In this document: positions 42,748 to 57,050 of the stretch, piece by piece
Layout of the letters: each line of letters begins with the position of its first letter
Numbering within the stretch: position 1 is the stretch's first letter
From: the human T2T-CHM13v2.0 reference genome, Homo sapiens
Direction: 5' to 3'
Assembly: GCA_009914755.4 (NCBI GenBank)
Contig: CP086569.2
Coordinates: forward strand, 10,048,001-10,112,000
Length of the DNA: 64,000 nucleotides
Made by a program: the position numbers and the translations under genes
The notes under the pieces: generated by a model
What the model saw: only the letters and a program-made list of their open reading frames with translations
The model's database searches: none
Told to the model about the DNA's origin: nothing

Positions 42748-45272
42748 GCCTGCCTAGGCATTGTAGTTGTGAGTCATTTTGAAACTTGCCCCACTGTGAT
42801 TTATAGGTACATCACGCCTGTGTTCCCCAGGGCGGGGCGGGGAGAGGGGCTCTCTCCCACACTCAAATGTCCTGCAGTACCAGGCAGCCTTAGGAGTTCC
42901 CACGCTGTGTGTTTCTGTGGGAGTGTTGTAAATGTTGGATGTCTGTGTGTGTGTGTGTGAGACATTGTGTGGTTTTGTGTGTGTGTGTATGTGTGTGTGC
43001 CTGTAAGTGGAGTCTGCTTAAATGACTGTGGATAATGCACTTCATTGCTTCTTTTTTTTGAGTCACCAAACCTTTATGTGCCCTGTCTGTGTGGCTTTGC
43101 TTGGACTGCGGGGTCCAGGTTTTCTATTTTTCTGTGGATCATGAATCCACAGTGAATTGGGAGGTGGGCTGATACCTGCCATAGTTTAAATCATGTCCCT
43201 CTGCAAAAAAAGAAAAAAAAAAAGGAGAGAAAAAAAAAGAAAGCCATTCTTCTAGAAAGAAGAGAAGCACACCACACCAAAAAAAAAAATGACATCTAGT
43301 GTTTCATTGTCCTGCAGCCTAACCATGGAGACACTAGCAGTCCTGTTCTTAGGTCCCCTTGAATTTACATTGAATTAGCTTCCCAGATGAGCAGGTGCTT
43401 CATGTCATGAGGGGGTATTCCTTCATCATCTTGAGATTTAATCCTGGGACATAGAGTGTGAGAAGGAATAAGTTCAGATAAGGGTGAGGATAAAATCTGG
43501 TGAGGGGTGGATGGAATCCCAAACTTCACCTGCAAAACAAATGAAGACAGGTAACACAGAAGGTGCTTTCAATTCCATCCCGGTAAATCCTTAATTGCAG
43601 AAGCAGTCCACACCATGGCCAGGGGTCCAGGTGAGAGTGCTCCAACATGCTGTGGATATTAGGAGTGCAAACTGGGGCCATCCTGGCAAACTCCCGATTT
43701 GAGGGCTTTCATACCCATAGCCAAATGGGAGTTGAAGGGATTGAGGCTTGGCGGGATGTGGCCTACAGACTTGCCTCTTCTTTTCCTGATTTTCATGATT
43801 CTTATCATCCTAGGGTTTTCTGGTTCTGGCTCAATGACTTCCACAATAAATGTTATCCAGTTAATGTGGAACGACCCTCAAGGGAATCCATTGCCTGAGT
43901 GTTTCCTTGTAAACACTGTCATATTTTAATGACTGGGCAGTTTTGTTACTTTTAAAACTGTTAATACCCATTAGACCCACAAACAATGAAACTTTGTCTC
44001 CCATTTCTATTGAAGGGCTGCATGATTCTTGGAGGATGAGAAGAAGGCAGCCATGTCTCACTTTTTTTCTGGTAATCTAGCCTCTGTATCACTGCATCTG
44101 CATGGCCATCTCATTGTGGAGGAGCTCTTTCATTGAGATGTTGCTCGATAGGACTGCCTCCAGCAACAGATTATTTAGCTGTCAGGAATTTCAGAAAGCA
44201 AAAGAGACTCTGTGTAGGCTGGCTGCATTCCAGGTTATGGGTCATTTTCTCCTTGTAGGGGCTGTGGTGGTTTTAACTTTGCAAGATAATTTTGGGTCCT
44301 GTAACAGTAATCATTGAACATTGCTTGGACTACAGAAAAACGTACCTCATTCTGTCAGGTGAGTCTTGAGTTTTGTTTGCTTTCATGGGGAATCCACAGT
44401 ACTCCTCAACAGTACTATTGGACATGCTTTTCAGGCTTGCCACGGTCACAAATGGACTCTGAGACACTCACGCTCATTTGCATCTGTAAAAGGCCAGTTT
44501 AACTTGTGAGATCACTGCTCCACATTGGACTTGCATTTGTCTTGGTTTCTGCTTTTTTCAGATAGCCCCTGTGAAGTCCAGGATCAAGGAAGGCATTGAG
44601 GTCAAGAGCCCAGCCATCATTTGCTGAAACCCACCTCTGGGGTCTCAGGTATGATTCTATCACCCAAAGAACCCTCTACAATACAACAAACTGTATTTCA
44701 ATCCACAAGGGACCCGATTCTTGCACACAGCCTCTTTCTGGAATGGAGTCAGAAAAGCAGTTTCTAGTGACAAACTCATAGCCTCAAAACATCTCCTCCT
44801 CCATAGGGGCCTGATCATGGAGATGATCTGAAGGGGACCTGAGGTCTAGATTTTAGTGTCCCACAGTGGGTTTTCATAGGCAGCCTATTTCGCGACATTC
44901 GGCCAGATCTGACTGTGCCAATTTCCTCTGCTTAGGCAGGCTGACCAATATGACAGCCAGGGGCCATAGCCTGCCTCACAAATGTGCATGTGCTAGTCTC
45001 AGAGCACCTGGCCTGATGATGAGCTCTCACTAGTGTCACAATGAATGTCATCATTGCCTAGCAAAAAGTCCCTGTGGCTTTGCAGACATAGAGACCTCCG
45101 TGGAGATGGGTCAGCAGTGGACTCTCACCTGTCTTCTAGGTGGGATCCACTGGATTATTTCATTGTCCTAGGAAAGGCCAGACATGAGCCAGCATGAAGA
45201 AACATCAAGCAGAACCCTAGGAATAAAATGCAAAATCCCTATGGATCCAAGAAAATCTGCAGGATTCCTCAG
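42748..45272. repeat. Array unit 17 (2525 bp). It contains expanded A-rich tracts at 43205-43244 and 43279-43289.
   Basis: The start motif is at 42748. Confidence 0.6.
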
Positions 45273-45722
45273 GCCTCACTAGACGTTGTAGGAGTAAGTC
45301 TTTTTGAAAATTGTCCTACTGTGATTTCTAGGGACTGCCTGCCTGTGTTTCTCAGGGTTGTTCTTTCCCAGGTGGGTCTTCCTGCAGAACCACACAGTGT
45401 CAGGAGACGCCAGGTGAAGTGTTTCTGTGAGAATGTTGTGAATGTTTGATGTGTGAGGTATTGTGTGTTTCTGTCTTTGTGTGTGTGTGTGTTCCTGTAA
45501 GTGGAGTCTGCTTAAAGGAATGTGGCTAACGCACTCCAGTGCTTCTTTTTATTGTGTCTCTCCACCTTTTGGTGGTCTATGTGGCTCTGCATGGATGGCA
45601 AGGCTCCATGTTCTTTATTTTTATGTGTATAATAAATCCCCAGTGAATTTGGAGGTGGGCTGGGAACCGCCGGCATCCAAATCAACCACCTCTGCAAAAA
45701 AAGTCACTGTTTTACAAATAAG

Positions 45723-46763
<1,041 letters not shown>

Positions 46764-48791
46764 GAAATAAGAGGAGCACACCACATCAAAAAAGCAGGCA
46801 TCACCCTGTGTTTCATATCCCTATGGTCAACACAGGGAGAGGCACAAGCAGTCCTGTGGGCAGTGCACCTTGAATTTACCTAAAATTTGGTTCCCAGAGG
46901 AGCAGGTGTTTCACGTCATGAGGTGGCAGTCCTCCGTCATCTTGGAATTTTATCTGGGGACATAGAGTGTGATGAGTAGTAAGGTTAGATAGACATGAGG
47001 ATACAATCTGGTGTGAGGTGGAAGGGGTCTCTCAACTTCACCTGCAAATAATAATAATAATAAAAAACACTGATAATACAGAAGGTGCTTCCAACTCTAT
47101 CCCTGCATTCCCTGAATTGCAGAAGCAGTCCACATCATGGCTCGGCTTTCAGGTAGCAGTACTCCAACGCTCAAGTAACATTTGAAGTGCAAATTGGGGC
47201 CATCCTGGCAAACTTCCGATTTGAGACCTTTCATACTCAGAGCCAAATGGGAGTGGGATGGATTGATGCTGGGTGGGATGGTGTTTCCAGTCTTGCCTCT
47301 TCTTTTCAGGCCTTTCATGATTCTCATGGCCCTAGGGTTTCCTAGTTCTGGCTTAACGACTTCTACACTAAACATTTCCCAGTTCACAGATAATGACCCT
47401 CATGGAAATCCATTGCATAATTCCTTCTAAACACTGTCATGTTTTAATGACTGGGAAAATAAGATACTTTTAAATCCATATATCCCTGTCACATCAGCCA
47501 AAAGCAAACTTGTTATCTCTTTTCTATCGAAGGGCTGCATGAATCCTGTAGGATGAGAAGCAGGCAGTTGTGTTAGACTTTTACCTGGTAATCTAGACTC
47601 TGTTTCATTTCATCTGCATGGCCTTCTCAATTTTGAAGGGCAATTTCATTAAACTGTTGCTTGGTGGTACTGCCTCTCACCACAGATTATGTAGCTGCCA
47701 GGGATTCCAGAGAGCAAAAGGGACTTCCATTAGGCTGTCTGTGCTCCAGGTTGTGGGTCATTGTCTCAATGTGGGGGCTGAGGTTGTTTGCACTTTGCAG
47801 AAGGCTTTTGGGTCTTCTGAAAGGAATAATTGAACATTGCTTGGACTCCAGGACAAGGCATCTTGTTCTTTTGGGTGAGTGTTGATTTTTCTTTTCTTTC
47901 ACAAGGAATCCACAGTTCTCCTCAACAGAACTAATGGACACCATTTTCAGGCTTGCCATCTCTACAGATGGCATCTGAGAACCGTCTAAACATCATCTGC
48001 ACTTGTTACAGGACAATACGAGGTGTGAGAACACTGTTTCACCTTGGACTTTCCTTCATCTTGGTTCCTGCCTTTCCCAGAGAGCCTCTGTGAGGCCAAG
48101 GATAAAGGGAGACAGTGAGGTCAAGAGTCCGGCCATCCTTCACTGACATCTGCATCTATGGTCTCAGGTATGATTCTATCACCCTAAGAACCCTCAACTA
48201 CACACCATACTGTATTCCAATCCTCATGGTATCTGATTCTTGCACACAGCTTCTTTTGGGAATGAAGTCAGAAAAACAGTTTCCAGTGACCACCTCAGAG
48301 TCTCAAAACGTTTTCTCCGTCAGAGAGATCCAACCATGGAAACGGCCTGAAGTGGTCTTGGGGTTGAGACATTTAGTGTCCCACAGTGGGTTTTTGCGGG
48401 CCCCCTTTTTCTTGATAACAGGGTGGCTCTGCCTGTACTATTTCCAACTGATTAGGCAGGCTGACAGCTCTGACAGCCTGGCACCAGAACCTGCCTCAAG
48501 AATGTACATGCACTAGTCTCACAGCACCAGGCCTGATTGTGGGCCCTGGGTAGTACCAGAATGAATGTCATTGTTGCCTAGCGCCAAGTCCCTGCAGCTT
48601 GAAGGATAAGAAGACCTCCGTTGAGTTGCATAGGCTGTGGACTCACATCTATCTTCTCTTTGGGATAGATGGGATAGTTCCATGATCCCAAGAGAGGTCA
48701 GACATGAGCTTGCCTGAAGAAATGTCAGGCACAACCCCAGGAATAAATTGTGAAATTGTTAAGGATACAAAAAATCTGCAAGATTCCTCTG

Positions 48792-50018
48792 GCCTGCCTA
48801 AAGGTTGTAGATGTGAGTCTTTTTGAAACTTGCCCCGGTCTGATTTCCAGGTACAGCCTACCTGTGTTCCCAGGGGTGGCTCTCTCTTCAGTGGGGCTTC
48901 CTGCAGAACCAGGCAGCCTCAGGAGTTGCAGGTCTGTGTTTCTGTGAGAGTGTTGCAGGTGTTGGATGTCTGAGTGTGTGTGTGTGTGTGTGGCATTGTG
49001 TGTTTGTGTATGTGTATGTGTGTCCCTGTAAGTGGATTCTGCTTAAATGAATGTAGCTAATGCACTTCATTGCTTCTTTCTTTGAGTCACCAAACTTTTA
49101 GGTGGCCTGTCTGTGTGGCTGTGCTTGGGCTGCAGGGCTCCTTGTTTGTTAGTTTTTCTGTGGATCATGAATCCTCTGTAAATTGGGAGGTGGCCCAAGA
49201 CCTGCCATTGTTTAAATCACCTCCTTCTGCCAAAAAAAAAAAAGCCACTCTTCTAGAAAGAACAGGAGGACTCTACACCAAAAAAAAAACAGACATCTCT
49301 CAGTGTTTCATTGTCCTGTGGCCAAACCAGGGGGAGACACTAGCAGTCCTGTCTGTAAGTCCCCCTGAATTTCATCCCTGTGACTCACGTATGATTCTAT
49401 GACCCAAAGAACCCTCTACAAGACACCAGAATATACTCCAATCAACATGGAACCTGATACTTGCACACAGCCTCTTTTGGGACTGGAGTCACAAGAGCAG
49501 TTTCCAGCAACCACCTCACAGTCTCCAAATGCCTCCTTCTCCAGCAGGACCTGACCATGGAGAAGTGGAGAAGGCTGGAAGAGTCTCTGAGGTCTAGACT
49601 TTTAGTGTCCTGCAGTGGTTTTTCACAGACAGCCTGTTTTGTGATACTTGGCCAGCTCTGCCTGTACCATTTTCCTCTGTTTGGGAAGGCTGACAGCTCT
49701 GACAGCCAAGGGCCCTAGTCCACCTCATGAATGCACATGTGTTAGCCTCAGGGCACCTATCCTGATTGTGAGCTTTGGGTACCCTCACAATGAATCTCAC
49801 CATTGCCTAGCGACAAGTTCCTGCAGCTTGGTGGAGATAGAGACCTCTGTGAGGGTGCATCAGCTATGGATTCTCACCTGTCTTCTCTATGGGATCCACA
49901 GGATTGTCCCCTTGTCATGGAAAAGAGCAGACATGAGCCAGCTTGAAGAAATGTCAAGCAGAGCCCCAGGAATAAACTGCAAAATTCCTAAGCATCCAAG
50001 GTCTGCAGGATTCCTTAG
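48792..50018. repeat. Array unit 19. It is short (1227 bp), with an internal deletion of about 1.2 kb whose junction is near 49372-49388.
   Basis: The sequence jumps from 'cagtcctgtctgtaagtccccctgaatttca' directly to 'gtatgattctatgacccaaagaaccctc'. Confidence 0.6.
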
Positions 50019-52134
50019 GCCTGTCTAGACATTGTAGGTGTGAGACTTTTTGAAACTTGCCCTACTATGGTTTCTAGGTACAGCCCACCTGTGTCCCTAG
50101 GGTTGCTCTCTCCCTGGTGTGGCATCCTGCAGAACCATACAGGATCAGGAGCTGCTGGGCCATGTGTTTCTGTGGCAGCATTGTGAATTTTGGATATGTG
50201 CGTGTGTGTGAGGCATTGTGTGTTTATGTCCTTTTGTGTGCATGTGTGTGTGTGCCTTTAAGTGGAGTCTCCTTAAAGGAATGCAGCTAATGCACTTCAG
50301 TGCTTTTTTTTCTTCTGTCTCCCCATCTTTTGGTGGCCTGCCTATGTGGCTCTGCTTAGGCTTCAGGTCTCCATGTTCTTTATTTTTATGTGGATCATGA
50401 ATCTGCAGTGAATTGAGAGATGGACCTGGAATCGCTGGTGTCCAAATCAACTCCCTCTGCAAAAAGAAGCCACCGTTCTTCAGAGAAGTGGAGAACACCA
50501 CACCAAAAAACAGACATCTTCCAGTGTTTCACAGTTTTGTGGCCAACACAGGGTGGCCCAACACAAGCAGTCCTGTAAACATGGCCCCTCGAATTTACCT
50601 CAAATTCGGATCCCAGCCGAGCAGGTGCTTCATGTCATGAGGAGGCACTCCTCCATCATTTTGGGATTTCATCCTGGGACATAGAGTATGAGCAGGAATA
50701 GGGTCAGATGGGGTGGTGATACACTCTGGTGAGGCATGGATGGGGTCCCACAATTTCACCTGCAAAAAATAAAATAAAATAAATAACACAGATGTCACAG
50801 TTGGTGCTTCTAAATCCATCCCTGCATTCCCTTAATCGAACAAGCAGTCCACACCATGGCTCAGTGTTCAAGTGAGAGTACTCAAAACAAAAACAAAACA
50901 CTTGTTCTCTCACATCTATCAGAGGGATTCCTGTAGGATGAGAAGTAGACTGCCATGTCACGCTTTTACCTGGTAATCTATACTCTGTTTCGTTTCATCT
51001 GTACAGCCTTCTCATTTTGGAGAGGTTTTTTCATTGAACTGTTGCTGGATGAGACTTCCTCTTGCTACACATTATGTAGCTGCCAGTGATTTCAGAGAGC
51101 AAAAGGGACTATGGCCATGTAGGCTAACTGCACTTCATGTTATGAGTCGTTGTCTCGTTTCTGGGGCTTAGGTTGTTTGCACTTTGCAGGAGGGTTTTGG
51201 TTCTTCTGAGAGGAATCATTAAACATTGCTTGGACTCCAACACAAGGCTACTCTTTCTCTCAGGCAGGCATTGATTTTTCTCTGCTTTCATGGGGAATAA
51301 ACAGTGCCCCTCAGCAGCAATGCAGGACACCATTTTCAGGCTTACCATCACCACACAGAGCCCCTGAGACCCGGTGTCAACCTCACCTTAGAGTTGACTT
51401 TGTCGTGGTTCCTGCCTTTCCCAGAGAGGCCCTGTGATGCCTAGGATTAAGGGAGACAGTGAGGTCAAGATCTCATCTGTCTTTCAATGACACTGACCTC
51501 TGGGGTCTCAGGTATGATTCTATCATTCAAAGAACAGTCAACAACACATCAGACTATATTCCAATCTCTTTGGGTTTCAATTCTTGCACAGAGCCTCTTT
51601 CAGGAATGGAATCAGAAGAGAAGTTTGCAGTGACCACCTCACAGTCTTGAAACACCTCCTCCTCCAATGGGACCTGACCACGGAGATGGCCCAAAGGGGT
51701 GTTGAGGTTGATACAGTCAAGGTCCTGCAGTGGGTTTTGGCAGGTAGCCTTTTTCCCGATACCAGGCTGGCTCTGCCTGTAGCGTTTTTCTCTGCTTAGG
51801 CAGGCTGACAGCTTTGACAGCCCAGTGCCTGAGCCTGCCACATGAATGTGCATGGGCTAGTCTCAGAGTAGCAGGAATCATTGTGAGATTTGGCTAGCAT
51901 CACAATGAATGTCACAGTTGCCTTGTGACAAGTACCTGTGTCTTGGCAGAGAGGGAGTCTTCCATGGAGGTGCATCAGGGAAGGACTTTTGCCTATCTTC
52001 TCTGGAATTCATGTGATACTCCCATGATGCTAGAAGAGAACAGAAGTGAGGCAGTCTGAAGAAGCACGAAGCCCAGCACCAAAAATAAACCATGGAATCC
52101 CTAAGGATACAAAACTATCTTCAGGATTTGTCAG
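50019..52134. repeat. Array unit 20 (2116 bp). It has an internal deletion of about 330 bp with its junction near 50885-50900.
   Basis: The sequence jumps from 'cagtgttcaagtgagagtactcaa' to '(aa)ggaaa..cacttgttctctcacatctatcagaggg'. Confidence 0.55.
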
Positions 52135-54596
52135 GCCTGCCTATACATTGTGGGGTGTCTTTTTGAAAGCTGCCCCTTTGTGATTTCTAGGTATAGCCTG
52201 CCTATGTTCCCCAGGGTTGCTCTCTCACAGGTGTGGCTTTCTGAAAAACCATGCAACCTCAAGAGCTGCTGGGCTGTTTCTTTCTGTGGGAATGTTGCAA
52301 CTGTTAAATGTCTTTGTGTGTGTGTGACATGGTGTGTTTGTGTGTGTGTGTGCCTGTAAGTGGAGTGTGCTTAAAGAAATGAGGCTAATGCACTTGAGCC
52401 CTTCTTTTTTATGAGTCTCCCAGTTTTTCAGTGACTTGTCTGTGTGGCTCTGCTTGGACTGCGGGGCTCCATGCTTTTTTTTTTTTCTGTGGATTATGTA
52501 TCTGCAGTGAATTGGAAGGCTTGCAAGATGTGGTGGTGTCCATACTATCTCTGCCTGCAAAAAAAAAAAATTCACTCTTCCAGAAAGAAGAGGAGCACAC
52601 CACACCAAAAAACAGGCATCTCCCAATTTTTCATTGTGCTGAGGCCAAACTATGGATACTTGCAGTCCTGTCCAGAGGTGCCCTTGAATTGAACACCAGT
52701 TCGGTTCCCAGCTGAGCAGGTGTTTTATGTCATGAGAGTGCACTTCTCCATCGTCTTGGGATTTTATGCTGAAACATAAAGTGTGAGCAGCAATAATGTC
52801 AGATAAGGGTTAGCATAAAATCTTGTGAGGGGTGGACTTGTCCTGCAACTCCACCTGAAGATAAAATGAAGACAGATGCCACAGAAGGTGCTTCCAACTC
52901 CATACCTGCCTTCCCTGAATTGAACAAGCAGTCCACACTGTGGCTCAGCGTTCAGGTTGAAGTACTCTGATGTGCAAAAAAAATTTGCAGTGCAAATTGG
53001 GGCCATCCTGGTCTACTCCCTATTTGAGTTCTTTCATTCCTGTATCCAAAAGGGAGTGGAATTGATTGATGTTGGGTGGGCTGTGGCCTCCTCACTTGCC
53101 TCTTCTTTTTTGAATTCCGTGTTCCTCATTGGCCTAGGGTTTCCTGGGTCTGGCTTAATGACTTCCACACTAGATATTTCCCAGTTGACAAAGAACAACC
53201 CTCATGGGAATCCATTGAGTTAGTGTTTCCTTCTAAACAATGTCAGCTTTTAATGACTGGACAGTTTCATACTTTTAACACTGTAAATTCCCATTAATGT
53301 CTACCAACAGGAAAACTCTTGTTCTCCCACTTCTATAGGAGGGCTGCATGATTCCTATAGGATATGAATCAGGCAGCCGTGTCTGGCTTATGCCTGGTAA
53401 TCTAACTTATCTTCCATTTTATCTGCACAGCCTTCACATTGTAAAAGAGCTCTTTCATTGGGCTATTGCTGGATGATATGGCCTCTTGCCACAAATTATT
53501 AAGCTTCCAGGGATTTCAGAGAGCAAAAGGGACTTCAGGTAGGCTGACTGTGCTCCATGTTGTGGGTTGTTGTCTCACTGTTGGGCTCAGGTTGTTTGCA
53601 CTTTGCAGTAGGCTTTTGAGTCCTCTGACAGGAATCACTGAACAGTGCAGAGACTCCAGCACAGGGCACCTCATTCTTTAAGGCAAGCCTTGATTTTTCT
53701 TTGCTTTCGAGGGGAATCCACAGTGCCCCTCAATAGCACTACTGGACAGGTTTTTCAGGCTTGGCCTCACCACAGAAGGCATCTGAGACACTTTCTCACC
53801 CATATCTGCATGCATGAGAAGCCAGTCTGAGATGTGAGAACACTGCTTCGTTTTGGGTTTGCCTTTGTTCTGGCCCTGTGCAGAGATCCCCTGTAAGACC
53901 CAGGATGAAGGGAGGCAGTTAGATAAAGAGCCCAACCATCATTCACTGACACCCACCTCTGGGGTTTCAGGTATGTTTCTATCACTTAAAGAACCCTCAA
54001 CAACAAACCAGACTATATTGCAATGCCCCTGGGGCCTGATTCTTGCACATAGCCTATTTCAGAAATGGAGTCAGGAGAGCAGTTTCCAGGAACCACCTCA
54101 CATCACAGTCTTGAAACTCCTCCTTCTCTAGTGGGATCCCACATCAGAGAAGGCATGAAGGGGCTCTGAGGTCCAGACTTTTAGGGTACCACAGTGAGAT
54201 GTTGCATGCAGCCTTTTTCCCAATACAATGCTGGCTCTGCCTATATGATTTTTCTCTGTTTAGGCAGGTTGACAGCTTTGACAGCTGGGCACCTGGTCCT
54301 GGCTCATGAATGCACAGGCACTAGTCTCAGGCATTAGGCCTGATTGTGAGCTCTGGCTTGCATTACAATGAATGTCACCATTGCCTAGAGACACATCCCT
54401 GGGCCTTGGCAGAGAAGGAGACTTTGTGGAGGTGCTGCAGCCGTTGACTGTCATCTTTCTTCCCTGTGGGATTCACAGAATAGTCCCCTGATCCTAGTAG
54501 AGGGCAGAGGTTAACCAGCCTAAAGAAATGTCAAGCAAAGACCCATGAATAAACCTGAAAATCCCTAAAAATCCAAAGGAATCTTAGGTTTCCTCA
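52135..54596. repeat. Array unit 21 (2462 bp)
   Basis: The start motif is at 52135. Confidence 0.6.
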
Positions 54597-57050
54597 GACC
54601 TGCCTACAGGTTGTAGTAGTGAGTCATTTTGAAACTTGCCCCACTGTGATTTCTCGGTACAGCCTGCCTGTGTTCTATGGGTTTGCTCTCTCCAAGGTGC
54701 AGCTTCCTGCAGAATCATGCAGCCACAGGTGCTGCCAGACTGTGTTTCTGTAGGAGTGTTGCTATTGTTGGATGTCTGTGTGTGTCTGTGACATGGTGTG
54801 TGTGTGTGTGCACATGTATGTAATAAAGTCTGCTTAAAGGAATGTGGCTAATGCACTTCAGTGCTTCTTTTTTTTGAGTGTCCCAACCTTTTGGTGGCCT
54901 GTCTGTGTGGCTCTTCTTGAGTTGCAGGGCTCGATGTTCTTTATGTTTCTGTGCATCATGATTCTGCAGTGAATTGGGAGGCAAGCTGATATTTGCTGGA
55001 GTCCAAATCACCGACCGTTGCAAAAAAAGCCACTCTTCTAGAAAAAAGAGGAGCACACCACACCAAAATTCAGACATCTCCAGTGTTTCATTGTCCTGCA
55101 ACCAACTACGGAAGAGATACTAGCAGTCCCTTTAGCATTACCCCTTGAATTTACCTCCCATTCTGTTCCCAGCTGAGCAGGTCCTTCATGTTGTGAGGGG
55201 GCTCTCTTTCATTGCCTTGGGATTTCATTCTGGGACATAAAGTGTGAGCAACAGTAAGGACAGATAGAGGTGAGGATATAATCTGGTGAAAGGTAGATGA
55301 GGTCCCAAAATTTCACCTGCAAAAAAAAAGTGAAAACAGCTGACACAGAATGTGTTTCCAACTCCATCCCCACATTCCCTAAATTGCACAAGCAGTCCAC
55401 ACTATTCCTGGGTGTTCATGTGGGAGTATTCCAATGTGCAAGGAACATTTGGAATGCAAATTGGGACCAGCCTGGCAAACTCCCAGTTTGAGTGTTTTCA
55501 TACCCAGAAACAAATGGGAGTGGAATGAATTGATGCTGGGTGGGATGTGGCCTCCACACTTAACTCTTGTTTTCCTGAATTACATGTTTCTCTTCGGGCC
55601 TAGGGTTTCCTGCATCTGGCTCAATGACTTCCACACTAAGCATTTCCCAGTTCATGGAGAACGACACTCATTGGAATCCACTACGTGAGTATTTTCTTCT
55701 AAACAGTGTCATGTTTTAATGACTGGGCAAAACCACAAATTCCTGTTACAGTCACCAGCAAGAATACTCTTGTTCTCTCACTTCTATCCGAGAACTGCAT
55801 GATTCCTGTAGGATGAGAAGCAGGTAGCTGTTTGTGGCTTGTGCCTGGTCATCTTGCCTATGTTTTATTTTATCTGCACAGCCTTTTTATTGTGGAGGGA
55901 CTCTTTTATTAGGCTGTTGTTGGATGAGACTGCCTCTCATCACAGATTATTGGGTTGCCAAATATTTCAGAGAGCAAAAGGGACTTTGGGTAGGCCAACT
56001 GTGCTCCAGGTTGTGGGTTGTTGTCTTGTTATGGGGGCTGATGTTGTTTGCACTTTGCAGGAGGCTTTTGGGTCCTCTGACAGGAATCATCGAAGATTGC
56101 CTGATGCCAGCACAAGGCAGCTCATTGTCTCAGGTGAGGCTTGATTTATCTTTGCTCTCATGGGGAAGACACAGTACCCCTCAACAGCACTGTTGGACAC
56201 ACTTATCAGGCTTGCCATTGCCACAGATGGCCCCTGAGACAATGTTTCAACCTCATCTCCACACGCTAGTGTTCAGTCTGAGGTGGGAGAAGACTGCTCC
56301 ACCTTGGACTTGCCTTAGTCTTAGTTCCTGCCCTTCCCAAAGAGCCCCTGCAAGTCCCAGGGTGAAGGGAGGCAATGACATCAAAAGCCCAGGCATCGTT
56401 CACAGACAACAACCTCTGTGGTATCAGGTATGATTCTATCACCCAAGGAACCCTCAAAAACACACCTGACTGTATTCCAATACTTATGGGACCCGATTCT
56501 GGCACACAGCCTCTTTCAGGAATGGAGTCAGAAGAGCAGTTTCCAGTGACCACCACACATTCTCAAAATGTCTCCTCCTCCAGTGGTACTCATCCATGGA
56601 GATGGCTTTGGGAGCCCTTAAGTAGAGACATTTATGGTCCTGCAGTGTGTTTTCACAGGCAGCCTTTTTCCCAATAGCATGCCGGCTCTGCCTATACCAT
56701 TTTCCCCTCTTAAGGCAAGCTGACAGCTCTGACTGCCAGTCACTCAAGCCTGCCTCATGAATGTGCATGTGCTAGTCTCAGGGCAAAAGGCCTGATTATG
56801 AGCTCTGGCTAGCTTCACAATTAGTGTCACCATTGCCTAGTAACAAGTCCTTTCAGCTTGGTGAAGGACGAGACTTTTGTAGAGGTGTGTCAACCGTAGG
56901 CTCTTGCCTGTCTTTTCTGTGGGACCGCAGGATAGTCTATTGATCCCAGGAGAAGTCAGACGTGAGCTAGCCTGAAGAAACATCAAGCACAGCCTCAGAA
57001 ATAAACTGAGAAATTCCTAAGGATACAAAAGGGTCTGCAGGATTACTCAG
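54597..57050. repeat. Array unit 22 (2454 bp)
   Basis: The start motif 'gacctgcctacaggttgtagtagtgagtc' is at 54597. Confidence 0.6.
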